A stretch of DNA of 63,067 bases, filler included, from Reticulomyxa filosa (lineage: Eukaryota; Protista; Foraminifera): assembly GCA_000512085.1 (NCBI GenBank). It is 20 parts of 20 records of this genome, joined end to end, with 100 filler letters (N's around TTAATTAATTAA, not from the genome) between each part and the next. Parts side by side here need not be neighbours in the genome. Positions count along the whole stretch, not along the records: positions 1 to 3,044 come from ASPP01038207.1; positions 3,145 to 10,480 come from ASPP01017876.1; positions 10,581 to 14,065 come from ASPP01009720.1; 17 more parts are not named here. One strand, written 5' to 3'. Below the pieces are notes generated by a model that worked only from the letters and a program-made list of their open reading frames with translations, did no database searches and was not told the DNA's origin. The translations under genes and the position numbers were made by a program. Below, piece by piece: positions 1 to 12,470 of this stretch; position 1 is the stretch's first letter, and each line of letters begins with the position of its first letter.

Positions 1-17
1 TCGATTTTACAAAATTT

Positions 18-535
18 TCATCATTTGATGGAATAATAAAATTACGTGATGCAAATACTATGAATATGATACAAAAGTTAACTGATAATTTAGATCGCAT
101 AGAAAGTGTTCAATTTTCGCCAGATGGTCAAATGATCGTATCAACATCTGTGAATACAATCAGGTTTGTAATGTAAAAACAGATGAAAGATTAAAAGAAA
201 TAAAATTAGATGATGTAATACGCTCAAGATTTTCTTCAGATGGTCAATATATTGTTTCATCTTCATTAAATAACATAATTCGAATATTGGATGTTGAACC
301 AGGAAAAGAAGTGAAACAATTAGAAGGACATTTAGATGTTATTAATGATGTGAAATATTTTACATTTTGTCTTGCTCAAGTGATAACACTATTCGTCTGT
401 GGGACATAAAATTGGTAATTAGGTAATCAAAAATAAAAAATAGAAGTTAACGACATAGTATCGTGTATAGATATTTTATCAGATGGAAGTCAATTTGTGT
501 CAGGTTCTTCTAACGATATGATTCAAATTTGGTAA
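18..535 (+). pseudogene. WD40-repeat gene relic (3' part)
   Basis: Manual translation across frameshifts: SSFDGIIKLRD..VQFSPDGQMIVS, FSSDGQYIVSSSLNNIIRILDV..LEGHLDVINDVKY, SCSSDNTIRLWDIK, SDGSQFVSGSSNDMIQIW*. At least three frame changes or stops. Confidence 0.85.
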
Positions 536-1320
536 TGTAATTAAAATTATTTTTTAAGTTTTTATGCAAGATAACAATGAAAGTATTATTTGTTATTTCC
601 CTTATGTGATTGATTAATTATCACTTTTATTTTGTCTTTTCTTAAATATATATCTGTTTTCAAACAAAAAACACCAGTTCTTTAAAACGAAACAAATTAT
701 GTTCAGGTATCTATTTCTTTTTAAAAATCAGCATTTTTTGCTTTTTTTATAATCAGTTGTTATAGTTTGAAGAATATGCATTTTTGATCATTTTCTTCTG
801 CCAAAATGCATTTCGGTAAAAAAAAACGTTCATTTTTGTTTTAATGCATGCAAACACAAGGCAACATCAGTGACTCTAGACATACTGAAGAAGGTAACAT
901 AAGTATAAGCACAAAAAAAAGAATTCAAGAAGATCCAAGGAGGTGACAAAAGGGGAAAAGAAAAAATACATAATTGTATCTCTTTTTTTCTTCCTAAAAA
1001 AAATTATTTTAATTCATATACATGGATGATAAATAGTTTTTGGAGAAACAACAATGCCATCAAAGTTTAAATAAAATTACATTTTCTCTTTGGAGCCTTT
1101 TTTTTTTGAACTAACATATTTTGAAAACTTAACATATAATTAAATTAGACTAAAGATGAAATGCAACGAACATGTTAAAGCTATAGGATACATGCAAAGT
1201 GATCAGAATCAGGAAAATGCAAAACAGAAATGAAGGCATTGATAAAATTATGTGATTGATGTAATGAAAAAGAAATATCTTAGTCAAAACAATTGCTTCA
1301 ATTAGTTTGCAAAAAAATAT

Positions 1321-1516
1321 TTTTGAATAATTTACTTTTTTGTTGAATAAGAAGTGAAAGTGTTTTTGTTTGAAAAGTTTAATTAAAAAAAATTAAGATG
1401 TTATTAAACTTGTTTGATTTTGTTGAGCACGCACTAAAAGATTTATTTTATCTTACTTTGTTGTTTAAAAAAATTGAAGCAGCTGTATTCAATGTTTTTT
1501 AAAGAATTGAAAAGCA
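1321..1516 (+). repeat. Dispersed non-coding element, copy 1 of the WD40 3'-flank repeat
   Basis: Shares TTTTTGTTTGAAAAGTTT, TTTTATCTTACTTTGTTG and ATTCAATGTTTTTTAAAGA, in the same order, with 47886-48084(-) and 50749-50905(+). Confidence 0.85.
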
Positions 1517-2614
1517 AAATTAATGAAAACTGCATTTTGAAAAGAATTAGATTGTATTTTTGTGATTTTATAAAACTTTATTGAAATCAATAGTAAATCA
1601 TTACATATGGAACATCGACAATGTAAGAGTATTATTAAAAGAGAATGAATTTATGAAATAATTTCTGAAAATGTTAAGTTATTTAACAATATAATATTCA
1701 ACTTAGTCTAAAGCGTTTAAAAAAGGAAAATTCTATATAGATATTCCAATTACATAATAAAAGAATGTATTTGAATCATGACAACAGAGTTGATAAATTT
1801 TCATTTGGCATTGCATGAACACACTTTTTATATAAAATACTTATTCAAAATTGAGTTTGATAAGATAGGAAGGATCAATAGTTTACAATTTAATTTTGAT
1901 ATAATAAAGTACAAAATTCGTTTAACACAACACATTCAATTTTTTAATTTAAATAAATATGTCATGTTATGCAATGCAGCTTTTGATTATTTCACCAACA
2001 CATAATTCAAACTGTTGATATGTTCCTGATCATTATCTAAAAATAATGAAAAAGTTGAACAAATTTCATTGATCTTTCAATTTTTGGAGCTACAGAAAAG
2101 ATATACACAACAGCACCTCCACATGGAAATATCTTTTCAGCATTAAAAAATTTCATTTATTCGCTCTTCTCCTCGTGTGCCAAAGTCAATAATGACAATT
2201 GTTGGCACGTTAAGTCTTTTTTTTTGGAAGAAGTTTAATAAAATGATCAAAGATTGCAATATTTTGCTTCTTGGCTTCTCATCATTAAAAAGATAATTCA
2301 ATATTTTATAATAACCAGAGTAAAAATTATTATTTTTATTTTTAGTGCTTTTTTGTTTTTATATGGCTTGATGTCCCTTCATCAAAAAACCAATATGCAT
2401 TATAATCGCGTTACTTTTGATTGAAAGAAAGTTAGACAACTTATAGAACTCCATCAATTGTTTTTGGGCTCGTTAATTTTTTTTTATTGTAGCATTCTCT
2501 ATCATTTTTTTGTTCTGATTTACTCAATGTTTTCATTCTTCCTCTGTAATGCAAGAGAAATTTTTGGGAAACAAAAAATTACAATTTAAAAAGAAAAAAT
2601 ATATTGCCTTTAGA

Positions 2615-2830
2615 GCTCTCGTCTGCCATAAAACTCTTTGTTAAAAAATACATCGACATTGTCAATCAGGAGAATTCAGTTTTCCACATCGTATATGTAC
2701 GCCTTTCCTCATTGATAATTCGTTCACAAAGCTTGTTGAAAGTATCATAATGGATATGATCAATCATACACAGTAATCAAAAATTTTGAAAGCTCTAACA
2801 CTCCAATGTGCTGTACGAAGCATAATATCA
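2615..2830 (-). pseudogene. Relic of a SecA-like DEAD-type helicase domain
   Basis: Minus strand gives YASYS..IDHIHYDTFNKLCERIINEE and, after a frameshift, ILLIDNVDVFFNKEFYG. These resemble the YGTFNxLCE and LLIDEVDVFF motifs of protist SecA-like proteins. In-frame stops present. Confidence 0.55.
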
Positions 2831-3044
2831 CAAATATGGAAAAATTATAAGCAAATTTTTGTTGACAGAACTGAAATTAATAGAAATTTGTGCAACTTCC
2901 AACTTGAATGAGTTAAATATAAACTAACGTATGTAATTACTGTAAAATAAAATAAACAAAAAATGATAGATTGAAAGAAGAAAATGAATTAAAAATAGAA
3001 AGAGAAATGTGTTTACATATTTTGTGGAATATTTTGAAATATCC

Positions 3045-3144
3045 NNNNNNNNNNNNNNNNNNNNNNNNNNNNNNNNNNNNNNNNNNNNTTAATTAATTAA
3101 NNNNNNNNNNNNNNNNNNNNNNNNNNNNNNNNNNNNNNNNNNNN
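3045..3144. other. Artificial contig spacer (first of 19)
   Basis: 44 N + TTAATTAATTAA (stops in all six frames) + 44 N. Others at 10481-10580, 14066-14165, 15735-15834, 17644-17743, 21885-21984, 23389-23488, 27865-27964, 29632-29731, 33537-33636, 40304-40403, 41690-41789, 45239-45338, 47786-47885, 49203-49302, 50303-50402, 51470-51569, 52796-52895, 56849-56948. Confidence 0.99.
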
Positions 3145-3279
3145 AAATACATATATACATATATATATGTATATATGTATATATGTATTTATTAATTTAT
3201 TGCTTTCAACTCCAAAAAGCTGTGCAAACGTAAACTAAGTCGGTGTGAATGATTGACATACTAAAGGACCCCACGAATA

Positions 3280-4426
3280 GGAACGGTCGGCCGTGGGAAT
3301 GGAAAAGCGGAGAACGGAAATGCGACAGAAAACAACGAAACATCGGAGTCATTTGCAAACGCCACAAATGAAAGTGACAAAGATGGCAATGCCGTGGTGA
3401 CCGCCACAACCACATTGGCGTCTTTGGAAGACAAAAAACAAACGCAACCCTTACGCTGCCAAAAAATTGAAAAAACAAAAACACCAAAACAAATTTTCTC
3501 TTCAGGTTTTTTTTTTTTTTTTGAACATATGTTATTTGCACTGTGTCAGTGCATTGGTGATGAGCAATACATTTTGATCTTTTGTTTTGTTTTGTTTTTA
3601 TTTTATTTGGAAAAAAAGACAGCACAAAAAAAGGTGAAAACGAAAACAAATTCCAAAGCAAACGGTGGCTTCCGAAAAACAAAGAAAGCAATCGCTTGCA
3701 AAGAGATGGTACATCTGCATCCGTGCCCACATTGGACCACAAAACCTTGCAAGACACACCGTTACTTTTTACACATTTGCTCTTTGTTCTTGGTTATACG
3801 TATACAGATAAATGCTCCCTTTTCCGGGGTTTTTTTTTTTCTTGCTGGGCCATTGTTCACTTTGAAAGAGGGGGAATGGGAATTTTTTTTAAAAAAAAAA
3901 AAACAAAAACAAAACAAAACAAAAATAAATAAATAAAAATAAAAAGAGAAACGATGAAGACGCACATCAGGGAATTGGAAGAGGACAAAGCCAAGCTGCT
4001 GACGAAGTTGACAACGTATGAACAACACAACGAGTCACTTCAAGGTGAAAACAAAGCATTGTTGGCTTTGCAATACGAATGCTCTCAAAAAGAAAAAGTA
4101 GTGGAGGACTTGCAATTACAAATCAAATCGCTTACCGTGCAGTTCAAAGAATTGGAACTGAAGAATCAACAACTTGAAAACCGACTGGCAGTTTCTCCTA
4201 TATATAACATTCACTTTAACAAAGCATCACTTATGTGTTAGTTCAAATTGAAAAAACATTCGGTATGTTTATGTTTGGGCACGTGTGAAAATAATTACAG
4301 CTTTTTGAGTCCACGACAATGGAAAATTACAACAAGGCTGAAGTAAGAGTTCCTGCTAGGAAAACTTTGGAAAACGATGAAGCGCCTCAATTTATTGAGA
4401 TTGAACAGTCCGAAAACAAGTTTTAA
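3280..4426 (+). CDS. Hypothetical multi-exon coiled-coil protein (5' end uncertain)
   Basis: Higher-GC exons at ~3280-3505, ~3619-3792, 3949-4190 (ETMKTHIRELEEDKAKLLTKL..LELKNQQLENRLA, heptad-like) and 4301-4426 (..IEQSENKF*), separated by AT-rich GT-AG introns. Confidence 0.6.
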
Positions 4427-5475
4427 GCTTTTTTCAAGCTTCATCGCTCTAACTTAGTTACAAAAGTGTTGTTTGTATGTGTTAAAGCTTCGAATGATTT
4501 GGCGAGCCGTTCCATCCTCCTCTTTCCAAATCCACATTAAAAAAAACAAGAAATACCGTCGCTGCTATATATAAAACCGACGATGACTTTTTTTTCTTTA
4601 ATGTATTTATATTTACGCTTTTTTTTTTCATTTAGCTGCAGCTTAGTTTTTTGTTTCAACAGTAACATTCTCCATTCTTTACGTAAATGCAAATAGCCTG
4701 CATTGTCTAACTTTTTCAAAGAGAGAAAAATCATTTCAGTATCATTGCCATCATTGTTGGCTTCTTCATTCTCATCTTTTTCGTCATTTTCATGGATCAA
4801 ATTATTGTTTATCAAGAGGTTAACAGTATTGACAGATTAATCATCACTGTAGTTTTCTTGATTGGATTGATGTCAAAAGTGTTCCAATTCAGAAATTTTT
4901 TGCAAGAAATTACGATTTAGTTTTGGGATTAGAGGGATATCAGGGAGTTGGAAAATGGCCTGTTGAATTATAATTAAAAAAAAACACAAAAAACCACAAT
5001 TCAATAAATTTTTTTGAGCGGCACAAAACCCATTTACACAGAAAAAATTTCGACACGTGCCAAATATGACACCGCCTTGCGATCGAATGTGCCACCAACT
5101 TTGACTTGTTCGAACTTCACTTAGCTCTTTGCTTTGCTGGCACCTCAACCATTTCCCAATTGCTCGATAAACTGGTCTTGGAGATCTATGTTATACGTGT
5201 GTATTGATCATATACGTTCAAATATCTTTCAATCACATTATAAGAAAATATTGTAACTTGGACATAGCATGACAATAATTCAAAAGTTTCAAGCAATATA
5301 TACATATATAATGATATTAGTATAAAGATGTTGTGTAATTGAATATATATGTACACATATAAAATAGTTAAACTTTTTCAAGAATGGACTCATGCACAAT
5401 TTGTAATATATGTAACAGTAAAGAGGAACTGGTGCACAAAAATATCCAACCGAATAACAGCAAGCCCTTGTGAAA

Positions 5476-6750
5476 TTATAAATTGAATTCTTGCTTTCCT
5501 TGCCAATAACATGACCCACTTCTCGAGTCAAAGTGAGTCGATTTTTGGTAACCAGCGACTATATCTTCGAGATAGTGAAAAAATTGGGAATAACAGATTG
5601 TCAGAATTGCTTTGGGAGCTTGTCCAACTGTTCCGATATCATAACGGATGTCTTCCAAATACGAAGTCCATCCGCTTTCAGCACCATTGTGATGAGGGAG
5701 GATCGCATTGCCATGTATGCGATAGTTTCCAATAGCACCATTTCTGACGTTTAGTACTAATTCATCACCCTTTTCGGATCGCAAATGCGCTCTTTTCTTC
5801 ATTTTCGGTCTTGGAAGTATCATTGGAGCAAATGCAAAAAGAACGAAGAATAAAATAGCATAGTAACGTCTTTCGTGATTTCCTTTGTGCTATCATTCAA
5901 CGTGATTTTGATTGTGCCAAAGATCATGCACGATATCAATTCAAAACTCACATCGGCTCGAGCCTAGCGCAAACGAAGACAATATTGAGTCTCGTCCAAC
6001 GAGTCATGATTGCCTATTGGAGAATGTGCGAACGACATTGTGCATTTGTGAAAGAGACGACGCAATCTTTGACTTCTCGCTGCAATAGTCGCATACTTTG
6101 CGTTTGTCGGACAAACTCCAAATTTTTTTGCTGGACTATCTCCAGAATCGACTATGGTTCGACGTAGACTTGATACCCAAAGCTTCGCATGCGCGCAATC
6201 AAAATCAGTTTTTGCGCTTCAATTGCTGCAATGTCCATAAACTTAGAGTCATTTTACACATCGCTTGAGTATCAATTATTCGTCGGCACAGGCAGATCGC
6301 AGTCCGCACCATGTAGATATAAAGTGGCGGACTTAGTTTTATCAAAACTAGTACTGCTTATATTGATGTTGTTTTTTTTGTCGTTACTTGCAAATGGAAA
6401 ATCATCTGCATATACTTGTTCAATCTTATGGTTTCCACTGCAAACTGCACAAACACTTTCAATTTGTCTCCAACTGCATTTAGCGAAGATAACGTCTTTA
6501 TTGCAAGTCCAAATTGTCCCAAGACATTTGCAGATATATCTTTGGTCTGTAGTGCATTCGAGTTTTTATTTGTTTATATCACTTTGTCCACCATTGTATC
6601 TGTTTTAATTACGCTTTTGCGTATTTTCAATTTTTATGTTTCTTTTTTACAATTCTTTTCTTCTAATTTTTTTCTTATGATTCTTTTTTCTATCAATCGT
6701 CTTTTTGTACTGCAAGTTTCCTTGATTTCTTCGGGTGCACTGATCTGATT
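5476..6750 (-). pseudogene. Degenerate coding relic of unknown identity
   Basis: Coding-like composition and protein-like translations (AIKTLSSLNAVGDKLKVFVQFAVETIRL, MRSFGYQVYVEP*SILEIVQQKNLEFVRQ, ORF 5476-5823), broken by many stops. Confidence 0.35.
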
Positions 6751-8041
6751 TTTTCTATATTTTACTATCATTTTCTAACTTACTTTTATTTTATTTTTAT
6801 TTTTATTTTAAATTATATTGTAAGATCTGTTTCTTTGTTCAATATGCACAGTCTTTATATTTGCAATCAGTCTTGTTGTGTTGGGCGGCAATATGTGCGA
6901 TTTTGTGCCAAAGTTCTTTTCAAATATTCTATTGGCCAGTTGCAATCCTATAAACATATAAACAAAATCAAACAATTTTTTCATTTTTTTAAAAACAAAC
7001 ATAATGTTATCGTTGAAATAAGCTCCAATACAATTTTCATATTTTTTTCTTTGTCAAAATGGTGTAGCGATTTTTTGTTGGTGTTGGCATGCATATTCAC
7101 AAAACAAACATTTGATAATAAAATGTAAAAATAAAAAAATAAAAATTCGAACTATTTTTTTTTCTAATGCTGTGAGTCTTTAAACACAATTTTTCTTTGA
7201 CGTAGATTGACTTTTTTTTCTAGACAGACTGAGTCTGTGATTCAAATACAAACAGTTTGTTATATCAAAAAATATATATATAAAACCTTGTTTACTCCTT
7301 GCGGAAACGGGATCCTTACCCAATTCTTCTTTTTTTTCCTTTTTATTGAATGATGCATAGCATCTAAAGATAAACACCTTTTTTTTTATTTATTTATCAA
7401 AGTGGACACGAACGACAAAAAAAAAACCCTTTTCGTCTTTATTAAGACGTAATATGCAACTCATAAATGTTATTTAAAAAAAGATGACGAAGTTGCAATT
7501 TGTTGAATATTTTGACGAAAAAACTTGAAAAAAGAAAATAATTGTAAATAAATTGTTAAAATTTTTGGATAGCATTTCATTTGTGATTGTATAATTGTGA
7601 TTCACAAAACAGCTTAACAATAGATAATTGAAAATTATAATTGTTTTTTGGAATGAATCCTTAATCAAATATTATTCAATATTTCTTTAGTAATGGTTTT
7701 TCTCTGGAAGAGAAAAAGTTCTCTTGGACATACAAATGTGGTTTGGCAGCGATTGTTTTTTCTTTTATTGTTTTCTTTGTTGATTTTTTTATGAACTAAG
7801 TTTAATAGACTAACAGCCGTGCTACACATTGATTCACAAGATGCACGCCCGACATTCGCAACGTATTAGAAACTTTTTAAGAAAAACGGAAGTGTAGAGT
7901 GAAAAGTAATTGTAAAACAAAATCGAATGAATCAACAAAAAAAAACTAGGAAAAACAGCAAAAAAACAATGACTCGAGCATAAAGCAAAAAAAAAAATAG
8001 CTTACTTAAAATGCACGTGAATTAATAATGAAAAAAGTCGT

Positions 8042-9571
8042 TCAATTTGACGGGCTTCCTTCATTTGAAAAATTCGAACCGCCAGTATTCGTTTTTTCTT
8101 TTTTTTCATTTTTTTTGAGTGACTCTTTTTCGTTTACCAACTATTGTACGAGCAAGCATGATACAACAAAAAAAGGGGGGATATTATCGATCGAGAACAA
8201 AGCCAAAGTGCTTTGATCTTGTGTATGCGTCCCTCCTCTTCCTCTGTTGTCTTTCATAAGCAAACAAACACAAAGCAAAACTTGTTTTGTTTCTTTCGAA
8301 ATTTGATTGATCGCAGTGAGACCACTCTTAAACATGTTCGACATGGTGGAAGACACTTTTTGGACATTTTCATTGTTTTTGATTTTTTCCACTTGCGAAT
8401 TTAATTTTGTATTTTTATCGTACTTTTCTTTCCAGCTTCTTGCCGTTTCATTGAGTCGATTTGTAATTTCATGTTTTTCATCAAAGGCCTGAGAAGCACG
8501 TCATACCATATCCAATCCAAACATTGCATTGAAAAATTACATATACAAAAATATATATATATAAACATATATAAATATATATATATGTATATGTTTTGAT
8601 AGTTTGATGTAACTCGAAGAGCATCGGTAGTACTTTTGGCAGTAGCGTCAAGTTTGTTTTGAACTTTGTATTTGCCATCAAATTCTTGCCACTTTTCTTT
8701 GGTTACTCTGGACAACTGATTGGTTTTATCGACGATATTGAAATGTTGTTGATCCCATTCTTTGGTTGTCACATATGTGTCTGCCAGGCGATATGCAATT
8801 TTGCTGGTCATTCCACACCTCCTTTCTATCGGCGGGAACATGTCTGACGCAACTGCAAATCCTTTGACTCTTACGTTGTATTGATAAATGCCAATGCGCA
8901 CTTCTTCCGTCTTTTGTTCCAATAATGGTGTCTTGTATCTCCCCATTGCCAACGCTACGATATTTCGCGCACTTGCAAAATGTACGTATACTCTGGTGGT
9001 CCCTTCGTTCACTAGGGTTTCCACTACCTTTTTTTTTTTTTAAAAATAAATAATTTTTTTTTTTTAAAACGTATAAAAAAAAAAAAAATTTAACTTTTTG
9101 AAACAATGACCTTTCCGAAGGTGGATTGTCTACTCCCTCTTCAGTCAAGTCAATGTACACCAGTCGAGCATGCCCCAATTCCTCTTTTGAAAAACCTTCG
9201 GTCACTAATTGGAGCAACTTGTGCAACGGCTTGTCATGAAGAAACACAAAAAATGCTTTAAATTCTTCCCATCGAAGGCTCCGGCCTTTATTGAAACTGA
9301 TCTCTCCTAACACTCCATCTAACGCCTCGTCCGTTACTACTAATGGCCATTGACATCCTTCTAGTAAGTCAAACAACAGCTTTCGCATTTCATTTGCTTG
9401 CAACTGCTTACTACTATTTGCACAATAACAATCAAACAATTTCTGCGCGTCTTCTTCTGACGTGCTACCCGTTGTCTTTTCTGACGCTAATAAAGACGCC
9501 AAGAAATTTGCTGATGTGTCAGATGTGGTATTCTTACACACATCCCATTCTTGCTCCGTTTGTTGAGCCAT
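8042..9571 (-). CDS. EF-hand-like protein with a Vip1/BPA1-like helical C-terminus (4 exons)
   Basis: Exons 9571-9095, 9027-~8614, ~8487-8282 and 8140-8042, with GT-AG introns. AQKLFDCYCANSSKQLQANEMRKLL and SFNKGRSLRWEEFKAFF form a degenerate EF-hand pair. ALRAFDEKHEIT resembles the AKAFDEKH motif. Confidence 0.7.
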
Positions 9572-10044
9572 TATTATATGTATGGTAGATATTCAAAGAT
9601 AATGTTAAAATTGAATTTTAAGGACTTGGTTTTGTGTCCTTTTAACGCATAGAATGTTTGAATCGTTTTTAGTTGTGATTTTTTTTATTTTTCATTTTAT
9701 TTTGTGAAATTATTTGATAAAATTTTGGATTGAGATAGTCACATATTTTTTAAATATGCGGTCCCGCAAGAGAAAAAGATTTGAAAAAAGTTTCCAAGAA
9801 GATGCTCAGAACTACATTAGAGCGTAGAATAATTAAACAAACAAATTTATAACAAAATGTGGCAAACAAAGACATTGAACGACTTTGTTTTTTTGGAGAA
9901 TAAAAAAACGGATGCCCGAACTATGTAAAGTGATGCGAAAAGAGGTGCGCTTTTTTTTTTTTGTAGTAAGGAGAAAATTTGTTAAATTATTTTAATTTTT
10001 CCCTCATTATCCGTATTGAAAAGACCCGTGAATATCGCAAAGAG

Positions 10045-10440
10045 ATGGCAGATCCATATTTCCATACGAAAGTATCCCCGGAGTTAGCATTAACGACCGG
10101 GCTGAAGAGCAGTAACAGTAGCAGCAAAATGGCTGGTCGATGGAGCGACAGCACCCAGCGAATGGACTCGCAAAGATATGCGAGCGGAAGAGACGAGTTA
10201 GTGACGACAGCACAAACGATAGGATTTGGAGAAAAGAACGCGAACGCGTATACAAACAGTACGACGAACACGAGCGTGGGAAGTGGGCAGGAGGTGGGAC
10301 TGATGCCAACGCAAAGCAATTACAGTATGAACGGCATGTGGCAAAGGCCGCCAAGTGAAGACCTGTTGATGGACAGCAATTCAGAGGGGAGTGACCGAAG
10401 ACAAATGAAAATGAGATCATTGATCAACAGTAGTCACCAC

Positions 10441-10480
<40 letters not shown>
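10045..10480 (+). CDS. Hypothetical low-complexity protein, N-terminal fragment (runs off contig)
   Basis: ATG 10045 MADPYFHTKVSPEL.., open frame, S/T/N-rich, ending in poly-Asn at the contig edge. Confidence 0.65.
10441..10480 (+). repeat. (AAT)n microsatellite encoding poly-Asn
   Basis: Direct reading; the contig breaks inside the repeat. Confidence 0.95.
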
Positions 10481-10653
10481 NNNNNNNNNNNNNNNNNNNN
10501 NNNNNNNNNNNNNNNNNNNNNNNNTTAATTAATTAANNNNNNNNNNNNNNNNNNNNNNNNNNNNNNNNNNNNNNNNNNNNTTGTCACTCGTTTTTTTTTT
10601 TTTTTTTTTTTTGCAATGGGGGGGGGGGGGGGAGGGAATGCATTTGTGCACAG

Positions 10654-11393
10654 ACAAAAATGGAGATGTAATCGACCCATGGAGGATTTCATTCCAGTAT
10701 GACGATATTGATGCAGTATTCAAACGCTTTTACTTGAACCACTGCCAAATGCAGATTCTGTTCAATGAAAATGTGAATAAAACGTGGGGACTACATGCAG
10801 ATGAACAACTTTGGTGGGATGTATTGTGGAATGTTACGCAGTTTTTATTCGTGACAAAACCACCGTCGCTTTCTGCGCTGAAACAGACTTATGTCGATCT
10901 CGAACATAAACTACGGACTGTAAAGACTCAAATCAAGTTGGTTCAAGATGTCCTTGCACCTCTTCCCATGGGTGATCACTCATCTACGTCCTCCATTCAA
11001 TACGTACTCATCGCAGGGGATGCCGCCATGACTGCTCATTATCGCTTAGGAGTTGGCATCAACACCATTCTAGATGGATTTGCAATAAACACTGATTTTT
11101 TCGAGGATTTTGCCTCGACCTTGCACGGACATGCCAACGACGATATGCTGCACGCCAGACAAGACATTGTGCGAAAGTACAACACGTTGATGCATGCGCG
11201 ACTCCTTGAAAAAGCCATGTTTCAAAATACTGTCATCTTTTTGGAGAGCTATTGTCGACTTTTGGTTTTTTTCGACTTTGGAAAGCCGTTACACGACGCC
11301 ATGATTTTGTTCCGCAGAAATTTCAAAGATCAGAGTTATGAACGTGTGCAAGACGCAAGTACAGCCATTCGGCAATGTATACACAACACATAA
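10654..11393 (+). CDS. FAD-dependent monooxygenase-like protein, last exon
   Basis: Long open frame containing YVLIAGDAAMTAHYRLGVGINTILDG, matching the C-terminal GD motif (LxGDAAHxxxPxxGxGxN) of flavoprotein hydroxylases. Confidence 0.65.
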
Positions 11394-12470
11394 ATCATTT
11401 TTCAACTCTAAACTGCCACTTTTACTTAACTTATTTATAGTAAAAAAAAATAAAAACAATCTCATTTTTAAAAATAAAAAAATTTTGAGTGGTCTACTGG
11501 AATTCCATTAACAAAATTTTCATTATTTGCAAAAAAATCATAGTAGCGTCTGATGACAAAACAGTTCATGCATATTTACATATATCAATCATAGCATCAT
11601 AAAGTTGTTTTTTAGATTGTTTTTACAAAAGTGTGTTTTGTGTTTTATAAGGATAATTTTATGTTTGACTAGTAGGTTTTTAATAAATGTAGAAAAGATT
11701 GATGTTGAATTTTATAATTGAAAATTGTAAAGACTTAATTAAAATAATTGCATCTTTAAAGTTTGTTGTTTTTCAAAAAGCATAGAAAAATCTGAACTTA
11801 AAAATAATAAAAAAAATAACAAAATATCATAGATGAAGCGCATGCAAATTAAAGTGCATTGACAAAAATGCAATCATTACAAGCCAAAATGTTAATAACA
11901 CTAAAAAAATAAAACAAATAATAAAAAAAAGCGCTGACCTTTCAAAAATTAAAAAAATAATAATAAAATTAGCTAAAAACAAAAAAAAAAAGCAAAAAGA
12001 CTGATGTAAAAAATGATAAAAATGTTTGCGATTGACAAAAAATTGTTTAAAAAAATGAAATGCGTTTTGAAACACTTGATATATTTTTTAAAAAAAGATT
12101 TTGAAAAAATGTTGATTTTTGACTTAGAAAATTATCCTCATAAAGCGTGTAAGGCTTTTGCAACTAACTTTATATATTATCATGAGCCACGCTTTTTTTT
12201 GAAAAAGTTAAAAAAAATTTAACCAGTTTGTTTCTTTTTTTTCTTTTTATAGAACAGAACATTTCACTGATTATTTTTTTCTTTTGCCAAATGGAGTGTA
12301 AAAGTTCATAGGAAGATGAATGATGACAATAACTGATGTTACGTAGAGGATAAAGATTAAAAGAGAAAAAAAAAAAGTCAACAATTGTTGGAATGCGAAG
12401 ATAGATTTAATTCAAAAAAAAAAAAAACAACAATTTTTTTTTTGCCAAAAAAACGGCAAAAAAAAAAAAA

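Noticed and set aside
5476-6750. Frequent in-frame stops in coding-like DNA, suggesting an alternative genetic code
   Set aside because: All three stop types and frameshifts occur in the relics, while intact genes (RNF213-like, MCO, cyclin) read through cleanly and end in TAA, TAG or TGA. This indicates pseudogenisation, not reassignment.
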